DNA from: a virus
IMG/VR virus record: IMGVR_UViG_3300042922_000725
Location: 28,584 to 92,583 of that record
Strand: one strand, 5' to 3'
Length of the DNA: 64,000 bases
Shown: in pieces, positions 1 through 9,068 of the stretch
How positions within the stretch are numbered: the stretch's first letter is position 1
Layout: each line of letters begins with the position of its first letter
Program-made: the position numbers and the translations under genes
Notes under the pieces: model-generated
What the model saw: only the letters and a program-made list of their open reading frames with translations
The model's database searches: none
What the model was told of the DNA's origin: nothing

Positions 1-2
1 AA

Positions 3-293
3 AAAAGAGAAGAATTAAAGTCTTTTGCTATGAAAGGTGGATTTATAACCCTTGAATTAATTGAACAATCTGAGGAATTAAAGAAAGCTATTGAAGAGTT
101 AGATGAAAAAACTATAAAAGTAATTCGTGCAGAGAAAATAGCTGAGAAATATGATTCAGAAGCAAAAACAGAAGAAAAAGTTGAAACATCAAACGCAAAC
201 AATTCTGATTCTGCGTCTGCCAACTTAAACAACACAGAAGAAGGAACACTTTCTGCAACAGACATTATCAAAAGTTTATTAAAAAGGAAGTAG
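3..293 (+). CDS. C-terminal part of head scaffold/prohead protein (5' truncated by window)
   Basis: Frame is open back to position 3 (KREELKSFAM...); acidic coiled-coil; lies just before the capsid genes. Confidence 0.55.
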   Translation, partial: KREELKSFAMKGGFITLELIEQSEELKKAIEELDEKTIKVIRAEKIAEKYDSEAKTEEKVETSNANNSDSASANLNNTEEGTLSATDIIKSLLKRK

Positions 294-365
294 TAATTTA
301 ATAAAAATATAAAACATTATGTTTTATATTAATATAAAAATAAATAAAATTAGGAGGTCATATTT

Positions 366-833
366 ATGTTAAGAAATTTAATAGGTGCTAAACACACTAC
401 TGAGATCTTTAAAATAGGAAGTACAGATGTGAAAAGGGGAGCAATTGTTGTTAAGGACTATACTAACAAAGTTGCAAACAAGGCTTCTGCTACTGGAGTA
501 GAAATTTTCTTTGTAGATTATAACTTTGTTCCATCTGGTTATCAATCTGACATGGAAATATCCGCTTATACAGACCAAGCAGATATTGTGAAAGCAGGAA
601 CTAATGCCGTTTTAATCAAACCACAATTGGGTGAAACTTGGGCATTAGACCAAGTAGTTACAACTGGTTTGGCTGCTGGAGACTATGCTATTGCTGGTTC
701 AAGTGGAAACGTTGGAAAGCTTGTAAAAGCTACCACTGGAAATGTAGCAACTTTAAGATATGTTGGAGAATACAAAGATGGAGATCAAACTCTTTACGCT
801 TTTGAAGTTGTAGAACCAAAGACAATAGCATAA
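366..833 (+). CDS. Capsid decoration/cement protein
   Basis: 155 aa, Gly/Ala/Thr-rich beta protein immediately upstream of the major capsid gene; strong RBS. Confidence 0.6.
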   Translation: MLRNLIGAKHTTEIFKIGSTDVKRGAIVVKDYTNKVANKASATGVEIFFVDYNFVPSGYQSDMEISAYTDQADIVKAGTNAVLIKPQLGETWALDQVVTTGLAAGDYAIAGSSGNVGKLVKATTGNVATLRYVGEYKDGDQTLYAFEVVEPKTIA

Positions 834-865
834 TAAAAAATAAATAAAATTAGGAGGTAATATTT

Positions 866-1873
866 ATGTCAAAATTATTTAATACAGAGGTTGCAAGCAT
901 AATAAAAGAACAAAGCCTTTATAAGTGGGCTACAAAAGTAAATAATAAGTTTGAATTAAGTTCAGAGGATAAAGAAATCACCGAGGTAATGGATGCTTTT
1001 GCTAGAGAACTTGGTAAGACAGGTAAAAATTCTGACAATAACACAGTAATTGCTGAATATATTAAACAAGTAATTGAGCCAGAAGTATACAATCCAAATG
1101 AGTCAATATTAAGCGATATGTTTAATATTGGTAGTATTGGAGAGTTTGACGAAAAAGCTTATACTGGCTTACCAAAGAACACTATAAAAGTATTTGATGC
1201 TGTAAGAGGCGGTAATGTTCAAAAGTCTTTTGTTGACCCAGGCGTGTTTACTCCTGTTAGTTTTGCTTTACAGGCAGAAACAGAAATAGATTATTCTGAC
1301 TTGAGAAGGAATGGTTTTAAATCAATAGCTAGAATGACTCAATTAGCAGAAGAAGCTTTGAACAATGAAAAGTTTTACAGAATATTCCAAGGCGTTGATA
1401 ATGCGTTAGGCGCTTTGACAGGAGACCAGGATATAGATAGTGGTTCTGCTCTAACTTTAGCTAATATGGACACTTTTACCACTTATCTTAATGATATGGC
1501 TGAAGGAAATCCTTTCATGATAGGTTTAAGCAAAATAACTAATCCTATCAGAAGAATGGATGGATTTGAAAGCTTCTTATCTGAAGAAATGAAAAATGAA
1601 TTTAATAGATTAGGAAAAGTTGGTTTATACTCAGGAGTTAGAGTTGAAGACGTTCCAACAGCTAGAAAGACTGCAAATGGAAAATTCTTAATTCCTGAAA
1701 AGAGAATATTCGGTATAGCAGGTAAAATAGGTGATATGGACATGAAGGGTGAATTAAGATATTATGAAACTCCAGACCATGATGCTGAAAAGATAAGACT
1801 TAAATTCACTGGTTTTGATGTTACATATGTAATTTACTATCTGCAAAAAATGGCTAGAATTACTTTAGACTAA
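866..1873 (+). CDS. Major capsid protein (HK97-fold, SPbeta YonB-like)
   Basis: 335 aa; position; highly expressed codon usage; followed by a terminator hairpin. Confidence 0.8.
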   Translation: MSKLFNTEVASIIKEQSLYKWATKVNNKFELSSEDKEITEVMDAFARELGKTGKNSDNNTVIAEYIKQVIEPEVYNPNESILSDMFNIGSIGEFDEKAYTGLPKNTIKVFDAVRGGNVQKSFVDPGVFTPVSFALQAETEIDYSDLRRNGFKSIARMTQLAEEALNNEKFYRIFQGVDNALGALTGDQDIDSGSALTLANMDTFTTYLNDMAEGNPFMIGLSKITNPIRRMDGFESFLSEEMKNEFNRLGKVGLYSGVRVEDVPTARKTANGKFLIPEKRIFGIAGKIGDMDMKGELRYYETPDHDAEKIRLKFTGFDVTYVIYYLQKMARITLD

Positions 1874-1883
1874 TAAGCTTTAG

Positions 1884-1911
1884 TATTAGGGTGGAGAAAT
1901 CTGCCCTAATA
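1884..1911 (+). terminator. Hairpin/terminator after the major capsid gene
   Basis: tattagggtgga-gaaa-tctgccctaata. Confidence 0.6.
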
Positions 1912-1943
1912 TGATTTATTTTTAAAATTAGGAGGATATTAAT

Positions 1944-2684
1944 ATGCAATTAGTAAATGGAAAAATAAGAGTTTATAATTATGAGCAGAATCCTTGTGGA
2001 TTTCCATCGGATATGAATAAACGAGGAGTTTTTATTGAAGCTTCTAATGGAGAAGAACCTGTTATGGAATATATATTTTTCTCTGATATTGAGCAAGAAA
2101 ATACAAAATCAGATATATTTAAAACAGGAAGATTAAGATTTCATAAAGACGAAGAAGAAGAAGTTTATGAAAAATTAAATATTGTAGACAAAGAAAATAT
2201 AATGACAAATAGAGAAATGAGACAATTACTATTGGACAAATCAACAGATAATTTAAAAAGAATTGACAAAATAAAATCATTAGGATTATTAACTAGAATG
2301 AAATCTGTAATTATAAATATGTCTATTGGAGGAGAAACTGTGCCTAATCAAGTTATCTCTGTTGTTAATGAAAAATATGATGAATTGAGATACGGTGGAA
2401 GAAAAAATGAAAATTCATATTTAAATAAATTGGTAAATGAAGAAAAAGAAAGTCAAGAAAAAGAATCTTTGCTTGGTGCATTTAACGAATTAAATAAAAA
2501 GGTAGATTTAATACAAAGAGAAAAAGAAGAAAATGAGAAAAAGTCACAAGACGCATTAAATGATTTACTTAAAATGGTTCAAGCTCTAAAATTAGAAAAT
2601 GAAACTTTAAAGAATAAACCAGAAGAAAAAGTAGAAGAAAAGGCAAAACCAGGAAGAAAAAAAGTAGAAGTAGAAAATCAATAA
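1944..2684 (+). CDS. Phage head-associated protein with C-terminal coiled coil
   Basis: RBS aggagg; position after the capsid gene; KPGRKK tail. Confidence 0.5.
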   Translation: MQLVNGKIRVYNYEQNPCGFPSDMNKRGVFIEASNGEEPVMEYIFFSDIEQENTKSDIFKTGRLRFHKDEEEEVYEKLNIVDKENIMTNREMRQLLLDKSTDNLKRIDKIKSLGLLTRMKSVIINMSIGGETVPNQVISVVNEKYDELRYGGRKNENSYLNKLVNEEKESQEKESLLGAFNELNKKVDLIQREKEENEKKSQDALNDLLKMVQALKLENETLKNKPEEKVEEKAKPGRKKVEVENQ

Positions 2685-2705
2685 ATTTGGAGGTGGTCTT
2701 TTAAG

Positions 2706-3182
2706 ATGTTGACTCTATATTCAGATATTTTTGAAAGATTTAAAAGGAAGTTATTAAAAGACCCAGATTTTTTTCTATATAAAAATATATCAGACGAAGA
2801 AGCTGAAGAATTTGTGAATGAAAAATGTATAATTCTTTTGAATGAAGCAATATCTGAATTAATGAATAGTTGTATTCCAGATGTTGATTTTTATGATAAA
2901 GATGATAATTTACAGGTTTTTAATTTTGAAGTGGTTAACTTAGAAAAGGATTTAATTTCTGAGATTATGAGATATAAATATATAGAACAAGATGAGGTTA
3001 GATTAAAAGTTTTATTTAACAATTTTACAACTAAAGAAGTGAATATATTCTCTCCTGCGGAAGAAAGAAAATCATTCGAATTATTGCTAAAAGAAAACAA
3101 GAATAATATAGAAAATAAAATAAGCAATTATTCAATGAGAGATAGAATCACTGGAAAATTTAAAAGCGTTGTTGGGGATTGA
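2706..3182 (+). CDS. Head-tail adaptor-like protein
   Basis: Position and size in SPbeta-like gene order. Confidence 0.5.
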   Translation: MLTLYSDIFERFKRKLLKDPDFFLYKNISDEEAEEFVNEKCIILLNEAISELMNSCIPDVDFYDKDDNLQVFNFEVVNLEKDLISEIMRYKYIEQDEVRLKVLFNNFTTKEVNIFSPAEERKSFELLLKENKNNIENKISNYSMRDRITGKFKSVVGD

Positions 3183-4474
3183 TTAAAATGATAAAAGATA
3201 TAAATTATTATAGGAAACTTGCAGGGAGTTATAATTTTAATACTGAAAAAGAATACAAACTATCTCAAATTTCAGACAACTATAACAAAAACATGGCTAA
3301 TGTGATAACTGGTTTTGATATATTGATAAGTACAGATAGAGCTGATGTAGTAAAAATTAATGGGATAGAAAAAAGAGCTTTAATTGATTATAATTCTAAT
3401 TTCACTCTGGCAAAGCTAGAAAATGGTCAAAGAACAATAAAAACATATCCTAACGATATGAAAACTGGTGATTATGTTGAAATAAAGAATTATACAGATG
3501 CAGATGTTTATATAAAACATATAGTAATAGCGAAAGACCCAATGAGAGAAAACTATGAACAAGGTTATATTAAAGAATGTAATTTTACTCCTAAATGGAT
3601 TGACGAATTCAATAATATAATTGAAAGATGCTGTATATTGGAGGATAAAACATTATATACTTCAGGTGAAAAAATAAACAAATATCTTGTTCAAGGAGAT
3701 ACCGATGCTATAATGACAATGCCAAATGATAAGAATACTATAAAACTTAAAACTGGGGATAGATTTATTTTAGGAAATAATATAAATCAAAGGAAGGTTT
3801 ATCGTATAACTAAAACTAATGATTTTGAAGAAGGTTTACTTAATATTTATCTTGTTGAAGATAAAATTAGTGATGAATACGATAATTTAACCCTTGGTAT
3901 AGCCAACTATTATGGTAAACCTACTATAAATATAAACATATTAAATGAACTTCCATTAAAGGTAACACAAGGACTAACAGTACAATTAAATCATGAAATT
4001 AAGGTTGACGGAGAAGTTAGTAACTTACCTGTAGTATACAGCTCCAATAATACAAATGTAAGCATTGATAATAACGGATTAATAACAGGAAATACTTTAG
4101 GTAATTCAACAATTACAGTAAGTCTAGAAGATAATCCAAATATAAAATCTACTATTAATATTGAAGTTGTTTCTTTACCTATATCCGACAATTACAGCGT
4201 AAAAATAATAGGCTCTGACTCTATACCAAAAACAGTTACTCCAAAAACTTATACAGCCAATATATATAACAATGGAGAATTGATAACTGATAATAGTCAA
4301 AGTGTTACATGGAGTGTTAGTGACAATAGTAAAATACAAATAACTTATCAAGATGATAAAACTATTAAAATTAAGGGATTGGCTTATGAAGGAACATTTA
4401 TATTAACGGCAAAATTAAATAGTGATATAACAATAAAAGATGATAAAACGATTATTTTATCTACTGCTAACTAG
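3179..4474 (+). CDS. Head closure/neck protein with C-terminal Ig-like (Big_2) domains
   Basis: VVYSSNNTNVSIDNNGLITG and VTWSVSD Ig-like motifs; position. Confidence 0.6.
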   Translation: MIKMIKDINYYRKLAGSYNFNTEKEYKLSQISDNYNKNMANVITGFDILISTDRADVVKINGIEKRALIDYNSNFTLAKLENGQRTIKTYPNDMKTGDYVEIKNYTDADVYIKHIVIAKDPMRENYEQGYIKECNFTPKWIDEFNNIIERCCILEDKTLYTSGEKINKYLVQGDTDAIMTMPNDKNTIKLKTGDRFILGNNINQRKVYRITKTNDFEEGLLNIYLVEDKISDEYDNLTLGIANYYGKPTININILNELPLKVTQGLTVQLNHEIKVDGEVSNLPVVYSSNNTNVSIDNNGLITGNTLGNSTITVSLEDNPNIKSTINIEVVSLPISDNYSVKIIGSDSIPKTVTPKTYTANIYNNGELITDNSQSVTWSVSDNSKIQITYQDDKTIKIKGLAYEGTFILTAKLNSDITIKDDKTIILSTAN

Positions 4475-4485
4475 GAGGTATTTGG

Positions 4486-5022
4486 ATGTTTGATAATTAT
4501 TATTTTAATGCAGACCAAGCAAATAATATAAATAGAAACATATCTGATAAGTTGTGTGAAAATGAAAGACTTATGAAGTTGCTTTTTTATGGTTCTGTGG
4601 ATGCCTTAGACAGACCTCCTATATATATGACAGATGAAAATATAATGTTTGAAATAGCAAAACAACCTATTATTTACGACAAGGATATAAAAACAAGAAT
4701 TTTCTTTTCTCCAAGTCCTAAGCAAACTCAAGAAGATCAAAGAGTGGAACTAAGGTTTTTTATACTTGATTTTATTCCAGAAAACAATGTACTATCAAAA
4801 GCGAGATTTTGTTTTCAAATAGTATGTTTTGATAGGCTGTGGAATTTAAACGAAGGTAAGGTTAGACCATATGAAATAATAACTGAAATATTAAATTCAT
4901 TAAATGGAGTGGATATTAAAGGTATAGGCTTATTAAGCTTTGCAAAAAATCCAATTACATATAGGGAGTTTTCTGATTGGCATAGAGGTTACGTTATGTT
5001 CGGTTCAACAAGAGTTGAGTAG
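4486..5022 (+). CDS. Tail terminator-like protein
   Basis: VRPYEIITEI...L.G..I.GIG.L motif; position before the tail tube. Confidence 0.5.
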   Translation: MFDNYYFNADQANNINRNISDKLCENERLMKLLFYGSVDALDRPPIYMTDENIMFEIAKQPIIYDKDIKTRIFFSPSPKQTQEDQRVELRFFILDFIPENNVLSKARFCFQIVCFDRLWNLNEGKVRPYEIITEILNSLNGVDIKGIGLLSFAKNPITYREFSDWHRGYVMFGSTRVE

Positions 5023-5032
5023 GTGACAATTT

Positions 5033-5917
5033 GTGATAAGTATAGATGATGAAAGATTTATATATGATGAACCTTTTAAATATTTGCCAGAGAATATAAG
5101 AATAAAAAAAGATGAATTATTAGATGAATTTCATAGACTAGAACAGATATTAGGGTATTCCGAAGTAAATGAAAGAATTGAAGAAATATTAATTGAACTT
5201 AAAGAATTAGAAAAAGAAATATTGATGATTTATCCAGTTACAGTTAGAAGCTATTTGGGTTTTCACAGTTGTATTAATTGTTTATTACTTGAAAAAAATA
5301 GAGAACCAGATATTAGAATTTTAAAAATGTCATATTTAGATTATTTGTTTGAATTACAAACAAGAAGTGTTGAAAATAAGATATTTTTGCAATGGTTAGA
5401 ATATTTAATGTTTTTAGTATTTAAATGCAAAAGTCTTGATTTCTATTACGATAAAAATAAGAAAATATTTTTTAAAATAAATGATATAGTTTTAAATTCA
5501 AATGATTTTGACAATATAAAGGATATTATATTAAAACAAAATGGAATAGAGCATGAGGAAAATATAATTGATTTTGAGTTTGAAAAAGCTTTGAAAGAAG
5601 CGCAAAAATATAAAGAAAAACACGAAGATAAACCAGCCAATTTAGAAGAAAGAATAATTTCTTATCATTCTTTTAATGGATATGATTATGAAAAAATATA
5701 TAATTTAACTATTAGAAAATTTAATAAAGGACTACAAAGAATGTGTATGAAAACAGATTATGAAGTACATAAAGCCGCAGAAATATCAGGAATGGTTAAA
5801 TTTAAAGATAGCGTTAATCATTGGCTTTCTCACGTAGAACCTAAACAAAAATTTGAAGGTTTGGTTGTTAAAGATGCGGATTCAACAATTAATCAAATTA
5901 AATCTGCACTTGAATAA
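5033..5917 (+). CDS. Tail assembly protein/chaperone-like
   Basis: GTG start; IYPVTV, LTIRKF and HWL motifs typical of this position in SPbeta-like phages. Confidence 0.45.
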   Translation: MISIDDERFIYDEPFKYLPENIRIKKDELLDEFHRLEQILGYSEVNERIEEILIELKELEKEILMIYPVTVRSYLGFHSCINCLLLEKNREPDIRILKMSYLDYLFELQTRSVENKIFLQWLEYLMFLVFKCKSLDFYYDKNKKIFFKINDIVLNSNDFDNIKDIILKQNGIEHEENIIDFEFEKALKEAQKYKEKHEDKPANLEERIISYHSFNGYDYEKIYNLTIRKFNKGLQRMCMKTDYEVHKAAEISGMVKFKDSVNHWLSHVEPKQKFEGLVVKDADSTINQIKSALE

Positions 5918-5951
5918 TAAAAAATAAATAAAAATAAGGAGGAATATACAC

Positions 5952-6923
5952 ATGAATGAGTTTTTAATTTCGGTATGTGATGCTATAGTTAGAGACAGAG
6001 AAGCTGACCAAATTATGATATATGCAAAAACAGAGATGGAATCAACTATGTCCCAAGAAGTTGCATCACAAGAAATAGCTGGTGGTTTTGAAAATAAACT
6101 TTTGTTTGACCACAATCATACAAAAAGATTGAATTTTACTCTTAATGATGCTAGATTTGACGAAGGGTATCTTGCAATAAACAGTGGGGTTCTTATTGAA
6201 AATGTTGCTAAAGATGTTTACAAAAGAGATATTATAACTCTTGATGCAAGTGGTAATGGAGTTGCAAGTTCTACTCCAGTAGGTAAAGTATTTATAAAAG
6301 GTTCAACAGGAATTGTATCTGTTACACCATCAGGTTCAAATTTTACATATTTGCAATTTGCAAGTCAAAAAGTTGAAGTGGTTTATAAATATAATACAAA
6401 TGTTGATTCTATTGATTTTAATGCTAGTAAATTTTCCAAGACTTATGAACTAACATTAATAGGCAAAAGATTTAATAAAACTGGACAGTCAGCAGAAATT
6501 CAAATTATAATTCCAAATTGGAAACCAACTGGTAGTTTTTCTTTGAACTTTACAGCAGAAGGAAATACTACTTCTCCAATAGAAGGTAAGGCATTAGCTG
6601 ATGATATAACAGATTCTTATGGTAGTTTAAATATAGTTCCAGTTAATCAAACTATAACTTATTCAGCAATAGCTTCTATACCAACAAATGCTGCTTTAAG
6701 TTCGTCTAATTCAACTGTACAAATAACTACTTATGGTATTCGCGGTGGAAGTTATGCAAATGTATTATTTGATGCGTCTGCATGTACTTATGTATCTTCT
6801 ACAACAGCTACAGCAACAGTAAATTCTAGTGGACTAGTTACAAGGGCTGCTTCAGGAACAACTACCATAACAATCACACACACTAGTGGGTTAAAGGATT
6901 ATGTTCAAATAACCGCTTCTTAA
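5952..6923 (+). CDS. Major tail tube protein with C-terminal Ig-like domain
   Basis: EIAGG.ENKLL N-terminus; C-terminal ATVNSSGLVT Big_2 motif; strong RBS; terminator follows. Confidence 0.75.
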   Translation: MNEFLISVCDAIVRDREADQIMIYAKTEMESTMSQEVASQEIAGGFENKLLFDHNHTKRLNFTLNDARFDEGYLAINSGVLIENVAKDVYKRDIITLDASGNGVASSTPVGKVFIKGSTGIVSVTPSGSNFTYLQFASQKVEVVYKYNTNVDSIDFNASKFSKTYELTLIGKRFNKTGQSAEIQIIIPNWKPTGSFSLNFTAEGNTTSPIEGKALADDITDSYGSLNIVPVNQTITYSAIASIPTNAALSSSNSTVQITTYGIRGGSYANVLFDASACTYVSSTTATATVNSSGLVTRAASGTTTITITHTSGLKDYVQITAS

Positions 6924-6975
6924 TAAAATATAAACAAAAGTATATAAATAGAATTACAAATTTATTTATAGTAAT

Positions 6976-7005
6976 AAAAGAGCTATGCCGAAACATGGCT
7001 CTTTT
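6976..7005 (+). terminator. Intrinsic terminator
   Basis: aaaagagctatg-ccgaaa-catggctctttt. Confidence 0.7.
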
Positions 7006-7051
7006 CCATTTTTAATCCCTAATCCTTAATGTCGGAAGGAGAAAAATAAAA

Positions 7052-7996
7052 ATGTCTAAAAGATTGGATTATGAATATGTGAAGGATTATATTGAAAAGG
7101 AAAATTATAAATTGATATCTGTTGAATATAAAAAAAGTGCTGATAAATTAAATCTAATTTGTCCTAAAAATCATAACATATGGATAAGTTTTAATAATTT
7201 TAAAAAAGGTAAAAGATGTGGTGTTTGTTTTGGAAATAATTATCTAAATTATCAAACAGTTAAAAATTTTATAGAAATTGAAAGTGGTAGTAATTGTATA
7301 TTATTAAGCGAAGATTATATAAATAATGTACAAATGCTAAAAATAAAATGTAATTGTGGAAGTGTTTTTAAAACAACTTTTGCAAAATTCAACAATCGAA
7401 ATAAAAGACAATGTAATAATTGCGGTAATTTATTAAAAAATAAAGATAAAGCAAAAATTCATAGTAAATTTGTAGAAGAGATATATAATTTGGTTGCGAA
7501 TGAATATACAATACTAGGGCAATATGTTACTAGTAAAACTCCAATATTAATAAAACATAATGTATGTGGAAATGAATATTATGTAACACCATCTAACTTT
7601 AATAGTAAACATAATCAAACAAGGTGCCCTAAATGCAAAAGTTCAAAATCAGAAAAAGAAACAGAAAAGATTTTGAATAAAAATAAAATTATTTATAAAA
7701 AACAATTCAAATTTGATAATTGTAAAAATATATTTTCATTGCCTTTTGATTTTGCAATTTTTGATAACAATGAAAAATTAATAATTTTATTGGAACTAGA
7801 TGGAGAACAACACTACAAACCTGTTAGATTTGGTGGTGTTAGTCACGACATTGCAGAAAAGAACTACAAGTTAAACAAGATTAGAGATGATATTAAAAAT
7901 GAATATTGTGAAAAAAATAATATACGTTTACTTCGAATTTCATATATAGAGTTTAAAAATATTGAGCAAATATTAATTAACGAACTCAATAGATAA
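7052..7996 (+). CDS. Free-standing homing-endonuclease-like protein (Zn-ribbon repeats + Vsr/DUF2726-like PD-(D/E)XK domain)
   Basis: Repeated CxxC motifs; LPFDFAI...ELDGEQHY...KNEYCEKNNIRLLRI. Confidence 0.75.
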   Translation: MSKRLDYEYVKDYIEKENYKLISVEYKKSADKLNLICPKNHNIWISFNNFKKGKRCGVCFGNNYLNYQTVKNFIEIESGSNCILLSEDYINNVQMLKIKCNCGSVFKTTFAKFNNRNKRQCNNCGNLLKNKDKAKIHSKFVEEIYNLVANEYTILGQYVTSKTPILIKHNVCGNEYYVTPSNFNSKHNQTRCPKCKSSKSEKETEKILNKNKIIYKKQFKFDNCKNIFSLPFDFAIFDNNEKLIILLELDGEQHYKPVRFGGVSHDIAEKNYKLNKIRDDIKNEYCEKNNIRLLRISYIEFKNIEQILINELNR

Positions 7997-8129
7997 AATA
8001 CAACTTTATAGTGTTTTTGTTGAATTAATGTATAAAAATAATCATTATCATATAAATAATGCTTTAAATTAGAAAATACTAGAGACTTGCTTAATCTCTC
8101 TAATAATATAAAACATTAAAAGGAAAGAG

Positions 8130-8708
8130 GTGTTTTTAATGGCTCAATTATATTTTGGTTCTAATTCAACTCAAACTTCAACGGCAAATCAAGAAATAAT
8201 TCAAATAAATAAACCATTAAATTACGAAGGAACTTTTGTTACAAACACATTGAGTTTTAGTAACAATGAAGATTGTCATGTAAAAATAAATAACAGTGAC
8301 GAAATATTCATTCCAAGCGGTGGTTTTGATTTTGGAAGTGAGCATTCTATAAGAACTTTTGAAATTGTAGAAGCAGATATTGAGTTTAATTATTTAGGCT
8401 CATATTTACCAGCAAAAATCAATCAGAATCAATCAAAAGATAATCCTTCTAACTTTATAGGTATAACAGCAAGACCTGCTCAAATTACTCTAGATAATGG
8501 AGAGACCAGCTTGATAACTGTAACTGGTTTAAGAGAAGGCGTTTATAGTAATATAATTAATCCTGTAAATACATACTACTCTTCCGATGATGAAGATATT
8601 TGTTCTGTGTCTAATCAAGGTTTAGTGTCTTATGTAGGAAGTGGAGAAACGAATATAATTGTTACAAACAGTGGCTTTACAGATACTATCCATGTTACAT
8701 GTAATTAG
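8130..8708 (+). CDS. Virion structural protein with C-terminal Ig-like domain (start possibly ATG 8139)
   Basis: C-terminal domain aligns by eye with the tail-tube Ig domain. Confidence 0.55.
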   Translation: MFLMAQLYFGSNSTQTSTANQEIIQINKPLNYEGTFVTNTLSFSNNEDCHVKINNSDEIFIPSGGFDFGSEHSIRTFEIVEADIEFNYLGSYLPAKINQNQSKDNPSNFIGITARPAQITLDNGETSLITVTGLREGVYSNIINPVNTYYSSDDEDICSVSNQGLVSYVGSGETNIIVTNSGFTDTIHVTCN

Positions 8709-8726
8709 TAAGCGAGGTGAATAAAA

Positions 8727-9056
8727 GTGGGTTATAATAATAATAAAGTTGGAATAGCAACAAATAGTCAAAAACTTGCTTCACGTGAAGATACTTACTA
8801 CCTAAACTTCAATAATCTAAGTAACAAACCACAAACATTAGAATTTACATATACGGCTAGTTCAGCAACAAATACAATTCCAATAGGAATGACAATCAAT
8901 CCATTAAAAGATAAGATATCAATTATATGGGAAGGTCTTCCTTTAACCTTGGAGAATTACGAATTAAAAACAAATAATTATGAAATCTTATTGACAGATT
9001 GGACTTGTGATTCTGGAGATAAGTTCTATTTTACTGTTTATAAGAACATGAAATAA
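8727..9056 (+). CDS. Small virion adaptor-like protein
   Basis: GTG start with gaggtg RBS; similar to an internal domain of the fibre at 37980. Confidence 0.5.
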   Translation: MGYNNNKVGIATNSQKLASREDTYYLNFNNLSNKPQTLEFTYTASSATNTIPIGMTINPLKDKISIIWEGLPLTLENYELKTNNYEILLTDWTCDSGDKFYFTVYKNMK

Positions 9057-9068
9057 GGAGGTGTAATA

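Noticed and set aside
7052-7996. Group I intron or intein hosting the endonucleases (also 59143-60252)
   Set aside because: Flanking genes are intact with normal stops and starts; both endonucleases appear free-standing
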